A DNA stretch of 48,339 nt from an uncultured Bacilli bacterium (GTDB lineage: Bacteria > Bacillota_I > Bacilli_A > RF39 > UBA660): contig CALVUN010000038.1 in assembly GCA_944363595.1 (NCBI GenBank), positions 1 to 48,339 of the forward strand, given 5' to 3'. A program made the position numbers and the translations under genes. Of this stretch, positions 43,625 through 48,339 are shown piece after piece. How positions within the stretch are numbered: the first letter of the stretch is position 1; every line of letters begins with the position of its first letter. The notes under the pieces were generated by a model that was given only the letters and a program-made list of their open reading frames with translations, ran no database searches and was not told where the DNA came from.

Positions 43625-44557
43625 TTATTTTGGTAAAGCTATTAACACAATTTCTGTTGGGAAAACGTTACCACCATAAGATCTAAGATAGAATTTATAA
43701 GCACTAGGAGCCATCTCATCAATAATACGTGGAATTTTCCATAAATCCTCATGATTATGATAAACAGAAATAAGAAGTTTAGGTTTATCATTAACTATAT
43801 GTCGGTAAGCACCCAATAAAGCGTTTTGTTCACTTCCTTCAATATCCATTTTTATTAAAGTAATTTTCTCATCAATATCAATGTCCAAAGAAGTTCCTTT
43901 GACTAAAATACCAGTATCATTATCAATAGTATAAGCAGAAGCATCAGGAGAATTTTCCTTAATAAAAAACATTCCCTCCTTATCCATCACAGCCATTTGT
44001 CTTAAAATAACATTTTTAAAATTTTTCGTATTTTCTTCTAAATAAACAAAATTATCATTAGACATCTCATATGCATATATCTTCTTATAAGCATCATCAC
44101 CATAAATTCTTATAAAGTCCCAAATCGTATCACCAATATAAGCACCTAAATCGACCATAATTTCATCATGACAATCAAGCAAATCTAAATCAAAATAGTG
44201 CCAAAAATTTTTTTCATGAGCAAAACTTAAATTAGCAAAATCACATCTATACCAGTTGTTTAATATAGCAAATAATAATTTTTTTGATCGATAATCACCT
44301 AAGTGATTATATAACCAAATATAATCTTCTAAATGATCTTTTAAAGATTCAACAATCAAGTCAAAATGTTCAAATTCTTCTTTTTCAATATCAAGTTTAC
44401 CCCAATAATTAAATTTTTGTAAAAAATTAATAATAGATTTTTGAGTAATACTATTAATATTTAAAAAAGACTGTTTAACATTATCAAAAATCTCCTTTTT
44501 ATTTAGATTACCAATTTCCAAAGTAAATTCTTCAAATTGTTTATCAACAATATTCAT
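43625..44557 (-). CDS. FkbM-family SAM-dependent methyltransferase
   Basis: VDLGAYIGD (SAM motif I) and LIKMDIEGSE are typical of FkbM. Convergent with uvrC, with stops 9 nt apart. Confidence 0.7.
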   Translation of the reverse strand: MNIVDKQFEEFTLEIGNLNKKEIFDNVKQSFLNINSITQKSIINFLQKFNYWGKLDIEKEEFEHFDLIVESLKDHLEDYIWLYNHLGDYRSKKLLFAILNNWYRCDFANLSFAHEKNFWHYFDLDLLDCHDEIMVDLGAYIGDTIWDFIRIYGDDAYKKIYAYEMSNDNFVYLEENTKNFKNVILRQMAVMDKEGMFFIKENSPDASAYTIDNDTGILVKGTSLDIDIDEKITLIKMDIEGSEQNALLGAYRHIVNDKPKLLISVYHNHEDLWKIPRIIDEMAPSAYKFYLRSYGGNVFPTEIVLIALPK

Positions 44558-44675
44558 ATCATCTCTCCTTATAATAACTTATGAAAATAAGAAATAACTA
44601 TGTTAAATAAATCATAATCATCTTTACATTTAACAATAAAAGTGTTATATTATATAAAAAATAAGGAGGCCAAAA

Positions 44676-45059
44676 ATGATAGAAACAAAGACAATTGACA
44701 TAACACATGTTACTAAAATATTAAATAACTGTCCCCATTATGATGATATAGTTAACTATGAATATAAAGATACCGATACCTTATCAAAAGCATTAATTAA
44801 TTGGTATAAAGAATTAATTTTTTCAATTGACGGTAAGAGTGAAAAAGAATTAAAAATAATTTACGTTTTAGATAAAAGCTTATATCTTTATACAAAAGAT
44901 CACCGATATAAAAAAGAATTAAAAAAAATAATTACTGTTGATGATGTTAAACTAACTAGTTTTAGCTTAATAAAAGAGGCAATTAGAAAAATAATTAGTT
45001 TTACTTGCATATATGAAAAAAAAGAATTATTAGAATTTAGTAATAGCAAATGGCTTTAA
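44676..45059 (+). CDS. Hypothetical protein (127 aa)
   Basis: SD AAGGAGG lies 7 nt upstream and it has its own terminator. No family recognised. Confidence 0.45.
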   Translation: MIETKTIDITHVTKILNNCPHYDDIVNYEYKDTDTLSKALINWYKELIFSIDGKSEKELKIIYVLDKSLYLYTKDHRYKKELKKIITVDDVKLTSFSLIKEAIRKIISFTCIYEKKELLEFSNSKWL

Positions 45060-45081
45060 ACTCAATTTAATGAGTTTTTTT
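45058..45081 (+). terminator. Rho-independent terminator
   Basis: AAACTCA-atttaa-TGAGTTT followed by a T-run. Confidence 0.7.
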
Positions 45082-45148
45082 AATTCCATAAATTAACATT
45101 TTATTCTCATAATTTAACCATATTTTTATTTTATAATTAAAACATACC

Positions 45149-45163
45149 GCGGACTTTGTCCGC
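45149..45163. other. Isolated GC-rich hairpin
   Basis: GCGGAC-ttt-GTCCGC in an otherwise AT-rich spacer, with no T-run. Confidence 0.4.
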
Positions 45164-45173
45164 AACCTAAAAT

Positions 45174-45204
45174 AAAAAATTCAGAAATATTTTCTGAATT
45201 TTTT
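45174..45204. terminator. Strong bidirectional terminator-like hairpin with no gene directly upstream
   Basis: AAAAAATTCAGAAA-tat-TTTCTGAATTTTTT: a 14-bp perfect stem flanked by A- and T-runs. Confidence 0.65.
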
Positions 45205-45330
45205 ATTACAAAACACATTGCTTTCAACTGGCTAATTAGTTATAATAACTATCAAAAAAAAATTAATCGGAGCCTCAGATATTATCTTTGCTCCTGAGCT
45301 ATCAGAAGAAAGTCAGGTGTGTTTTGTAAT
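45205..45330. repeat. 13-bp perfect inverted repeat pair bracketing a promoter (inverton-like)
   Basis: ATTACAAAACACA (45205-45217) and TGTGTTTTGTAAT (45318-45330); the right arm overlaps the SD and the first two nt of the ATG at 45329. Confidence 0.5.
45218..45246 (+). promoter_or_regulatory. Near-consensus sigma-A promoter facing the 519-aa orphan gene
   Basis: TTGCTT, 17 nt, TATAAT. Confidence 0.65.
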
Positions 45331-46888
45331 GAATATTATAGATTGGAAACAACAAAAAATCAAGGGGGTTTTATCAACTTTTGATAGAATTATAATTAAA
45401 GGTTATTCTCTTCAACTATCAAATACTAAACAAATGGGATATTTTCTATCACATAATAATATTCTTTTAAAGGATTTTGGTAAATATGCTGAAGAAGTAA
45501 CCAAATCATTGTGTGCTAATATAGAAAGTATTGCCTTTAATAACAATAGACCATATAAATTTATTTATGGCAATGATGAAGATAAAGGAACTATTGCCAG
45601 ACAATTACTTGAAGAGAATCCTATACAAGAAGGATTAGTTTGCATTTTATCTGATATAGAAGTGTGTTCAACTATGAATATTATAAAAAATGGAAAAACA
45701 AAAAAAATAGAATTAAAATGGGGACCTAGAAAATGTAAATATTATTATCTATATTATTTAGATAAAGATTTTGGATGGATGCATATTAAAATTCAATCAT
45801 GGTTTCCGTTTATGATTCAAGTATATATTAATGGTCATGAATGGCTAAAACAACAATTATTAAAAGAAAGTATCAAGTTTGAAATGTATAACAATTCATT
45901 TTCATATATTGAAGATATAGAAAAAGCACAAGAATTAGCTGATAAGATTGTTAATTTAAAAATATCTGATAAATTTGATGCAATGATAAAAGAAATCAAT
46001 AACTTTCTTCCAGTAATCGAAGAAACTTTTTCCCATGGTTATTATTGGTGCCTTGCTGAATGTGAATATTCAACTGATATAATTCATGATAGTAGACAAT
46101 CAATTGATGAATACTTTAAAGATTTAGTTGAAAAAGCATTTTATACTTTTAAATGCAATGATGTAATGTCTTTCTTTGGAAGGAAGTTAAAAGAAACAGG
46201 ATTTCAATTCAAAGGAGAAATTACAAGTGATTTGAGAAAAAGAAATCAAGGATTTAGATTAAAACATAAAATGAAATCTAATCAAATTAAAATGTATGAC
46301 AAAGGTTTCTCTATTCGTATTGAAACAACTATCAATGATCCACGTGAATTTAAAATATTAAAAGATGTTGAAAAAATTATAAATCACAAAGAATTAGTAA
46401 CAGAGAAAAAATGGTTGCCAATGGGAAAGTCTATAGCTAATCTATATAGATATGCCGAAGTATGTAAAGCAATTAATATGAGATATATTAATGCTTTACC
46501 TATACCGGCCGAGAAAGAAAAAGCAATAAAAAAATTGGAAGCAGTATCTAATAGAAAAGAAGTAAATAATAGAATATATACTGGCTTTAATTTGTTTAAC
46601 AAGGATGATATTAAATTATTTAATATTTTAGCTGATGCAAGTCTAATCATTAATGGATTTGATAATAAAATATTAAGAAGTAGATATTTTAAAGATGAAG
46701 AAGATTTTAATAGCCAAAAAATAAGAAATAAAACAACTAGATTAATAGATAAATTAAGAAAACATGGAATTATAAAAAAAGTGGGGAGTGCCTCAAAATA
46801 TTATATTACCGAGAGCGGTAGAGAAATGTTGAACTATTTTATATTATATCAAAACAAAGAAATTCCAGAATACTTAAAATCTAATTAA
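45329..46888 (+). CDS. Large uncharacterised protein (519 aa) with a C-terminal winged-helix-like segment
   Basis: ATG at 45329 lies 9 nt after AGGTG. Distinctive strings are FDRIIIKGY, WFPFMIQVYINGHEWLKQQL and KMYDKGFSIRIETTINDPREFK. The C-terminal TTRLIDKLRKHGIIKKVGSASKYYITESGREML is MarR/wHTH-like. No enzyme motif recognised. Confidence 0.6.
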   Translation: MNIIDWKQQKIKGVLSTFDRIIIKGYSLQLSNTKQMGYFLSHNNILLKDFGKYAEEVTKSLCANIESIAFNNNRPYKFIYGNDEDKGTIARQLLEENPIQEGLVCILSDIEVCSTMNIIKNGKTKKIELKWGPRKCKYYYLYYLDKDFGWMHIKIQSWFPFMIQVYINGHEWLKQQLLKESIKFEMYNNSFSYIEDIEKAQELADKIVNLKISDKFDAMIKEINNFLPVIEETFSHGYYWCLAECEYSTDIIHDSRQSIDEYFKDLVEKAFYTFKCNDVMSFFGRKLKETGFQFKGEITSDLRKRNQGFRLKHKMKSNQIKMYDKGFSIRIETTINDPREFKILKDVEKIINHKELVTEKKWLPMGKSIANLYRYAEVCKAINMRYINALPIPAEKEKAIKKLEAVSNRKEVNNRIYTGFNLFNKDDIKLFNILADASLIINGFDNKILRSRYFKDEEDFNSQKIRNKTTRLIDKLRKHGIIKKVGSASKYYITESGREMLNYFILYQNKEIPEYLKSN

Positions 46889-47149
46889 CAAGATGTAATT
46901 ATTATAAAAGGTTAAAAAGCCACCATAAAGTGACTAGTTTTGTAGTGTTTTAAGAAAAAAACTTGTTTTATTTGAGTTATTATTTAAATAAATATCATAT
47001 TATTTTAAAGCTACCACAATAAAACAAAATTACATAAGTCTTTTTAACAAACTATCGCCACTTTCATTGAACAAAGTTCAACAAAACGTACCACGTTTGT
47101 TATAACTTTTTTTAGAAAAAAGTTAGTAAAAAATCTTTATTGTAGATAA

Positions 47150-47200
47150 GTTCAAAACAAGAAAAGTAAACTTTTTTGTTTTAAACTTTTTCTATTTTTT
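47150..47200 (+). terminator. Orphan terminator-like hairpin 260 nt downstream of the 519-aa gene
   Basis: GTTCAAAACAA / TTGTTTTAAAC (10 of 11 bp) followed by TTTTTCTATTTTTTTT. Confidence 0.4.
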
Positions 47201-47212
47201 TTATTTTATTAT

Positions 47213-47259
47213 TTCTAGTCAAGGGTTTCACAAGTAAGTAAACTTACCTTTGACTAGAA
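47213..47259. repeat. 13-bp inverted repeat (12 of 13 matching) with a 21-nt spacer, overlapping the stop of the 117-aa gene
   Basis: TTCTAGTCAAGGG (47213-47225) and CCTTTGACTAGAA (47247-47259). No T-run follows on the minus strand, so it is not a classical terminator. Confidence 0.45.
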
Positions 47260-47597
47260 GTATCATTGTTTAGCACTTCCATATTTACAGGTTTTACTCC
47301 AATTTCAATAGGAACAGGATCTTTCATATAAATTACACTCGTATTACTTTCATCAGGTATATAATCAAATGCAGAGTTTATATCTTTCATTTGAAATTCA
47401 TCTTTGCCTCTTATATAAATAATTCCATATCGCTGTTCTTTCAGCTTTATATCAGGATCTATCTTGCAATAATCTTCTAGTGGGAATACTCTAATTATGG
47501 CTCTGTCATCTCTCATAAAATCAAAATAGAAAACTCTATCTTCTACATAGTAAATTGCTTCTTCAAAACCAACATCATAGTATTGTCTTAACCTCAT
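47244..47597 (-). CDS. Hypothetical protein (117 aa) co-oriented 22 nt downstream of the serine recombinase
   Basis: Open frame with no recognisable family; tightly linked to the recombinase gene. Confidence 0.45.
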   Translation of the reverse strand: MRLRQYYDVGFEEAIYYVEDRVFYFDFMRDDRAIIRVFPLEDYCKIDPDIKLKEQRYGIIYIRGKDEFQMKDINSAFDYIPDESNTSVIYMKDPVPIEIGVKPVNMEVLNNDTSSQR

Positions 47598-47618
47598 AAT
47601 ATGTTTTCCAACTTCTTC

Positions 47619-48339
47619 TTAAGGTAAGTAATTACTAAATCTTAACTCTCCAACTAAATTGCCAAATATAGCAGGCGTTTTAATGTCAATATAACCTTTA
47701 TCAAATAATTCATTACAAGGCTTACAAATACTTTCCCGAAATAATATTTCATCTACATAGACAAAATCATTTTTTGGTTTTAATTTTATTTCATCTACAT
47801 ATCTCATAATTAAATCAGATTTTTCTTCTCTAGTGTAATCTTTCCATGTTTTCGTTCTTTCTTTATATTCACTTGCTAATTTAACTCTATTAATATAATC
47901 AATATCACGTTTTAGTAAAATGTCTTGTGGGGTAAAATTAAAGTTTTCACAATTTTCGGTATCTTCTAATTCAGCATTTAATTTATCAATAGCAGTTTCA
48001 ACAATTTTCTTTTCGTCATTATAGACATCTAAATCAAAGGCACCATCAATATATGCTTTTCTAATTCTTTCTAGTTTATTGTTTTGCTTCAATAATTCTT
48101 TTTCTAGTTGTTCTTTTGGTTCATCAAACTTTTGCTTTATCATAGGTAAAAAGAATTGATTAACAACACTATCATATTCAACTAACTCTTGAACAAAATC
48201 ATCAAAATATTCACTAATTACTTTTTCTTTTAAATTGATTTTGCAGTCGGTACAATAATAGTAATAATAAACATTTCCATTTTTCTTTTTCGTTGCTTTT
48301 CCACCCATTATGCGACCACATTTAGGACAGGTAAGTTTC
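47619..48339 (-). CDS. Large serine recombinase, C-terminal part only (zinc ribbon plus coiled coil); N-terminus lies beyond the right edge
   Basis: The frame is open to nt 48339 upstream of the track ATG. ..KLTCPKCGRIMGGKATKKKNGNVYYYYYCTDC.. is the recombinase zinc beta-ribbon (CxxC...CxxC), followed by a long coiled coil. Confidence 0.8.
   Translation of the reverse strand, partial: KLTCPKCGRIMGGKATKKKNGNVYYYYYCTDCKINLKEKVISEYFDDFVQELVEYDSVVNQFFLPMIKQKFDEPKEQLEKELLKQNNKLERIRKAYIDGAFDLDVYNDEKKIVETAIDKLNAELEDTENCENFNFTPQDILLKRDIDYINRVKLASEYKERTKTWKDYTREEKSDLIMRYVDEIKLKPKNDFVYVDEILFRESICKPCNELFDKGYIDIKTPAIFGNLVGELRFSNYLP

Noticed and set aside
45271-45300. Leader hairpin AGcCTCAG...CTGAGCT in the 5' UTR of the 519-aa gene as a riboswitch
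   Set aside because: It is a short bulged 7-bp stem with no recognisable riboswitch core. I kept it only as context for the inverton-like segment.

Overview
AT-rich (about 27-30% GC by eye) chromosomal segment of a low-GC, spore-forming Firmicute, probably Erysipelotrichia- or Clostridia-like. The backbone is housekeeping and mostly on the + strand. It includes an M23 peptidase, a P-type ATPase, RNase J, radC-mreC-mreD and rpsT-gpr-spoIIP-yqxA-like. It also includes sspI, ligA, rpsO-pnp-ylxY-like, comEA-comEC, tRNA-Gln, gltX, an M16 peptidase pair, tRNA-Glu, a SEDS gene, yigZ and uvrC. No rRNA genes or CRISPR array are visible. Several accessory patches interrupt the backbone:
(1) 2.7-6.1 kb: a UDP-galactopyranose mutase gene cut off by an apparently intact IS3-family element, with an IS4-family DDE transposase next to it.
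(2) 31.8-33.9 kb: a GC-rich collagen-like (GXT repeat) protein co-oriented with a GT2-TPR glycosyltransferase, beside tRNA-Gln.
(3) 43.6-48.3 kb: an FkbM methyltransferase, small orphan genes and a 519-aa orphan protein. The orphan's consensus promoter and SD/ATG lie between 13-bp perfect inverted repeats. A long structured intergenic region and a large serine recombinase running off the right edge follow.
I consider patch (3) the best candidate for something undescribed, but I cannot assign a function from sequence alone. Gene-level anomalies are an in-frame TAA in gpr, a SEDS paralog whose only sensible start is ATA, and an RNase J with degenerate metal-binding motifs. A prepilin-type gene is also translationally coupled to the second SEDS gene. 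All homology calls come from motif recognition by eye; no searches were run.
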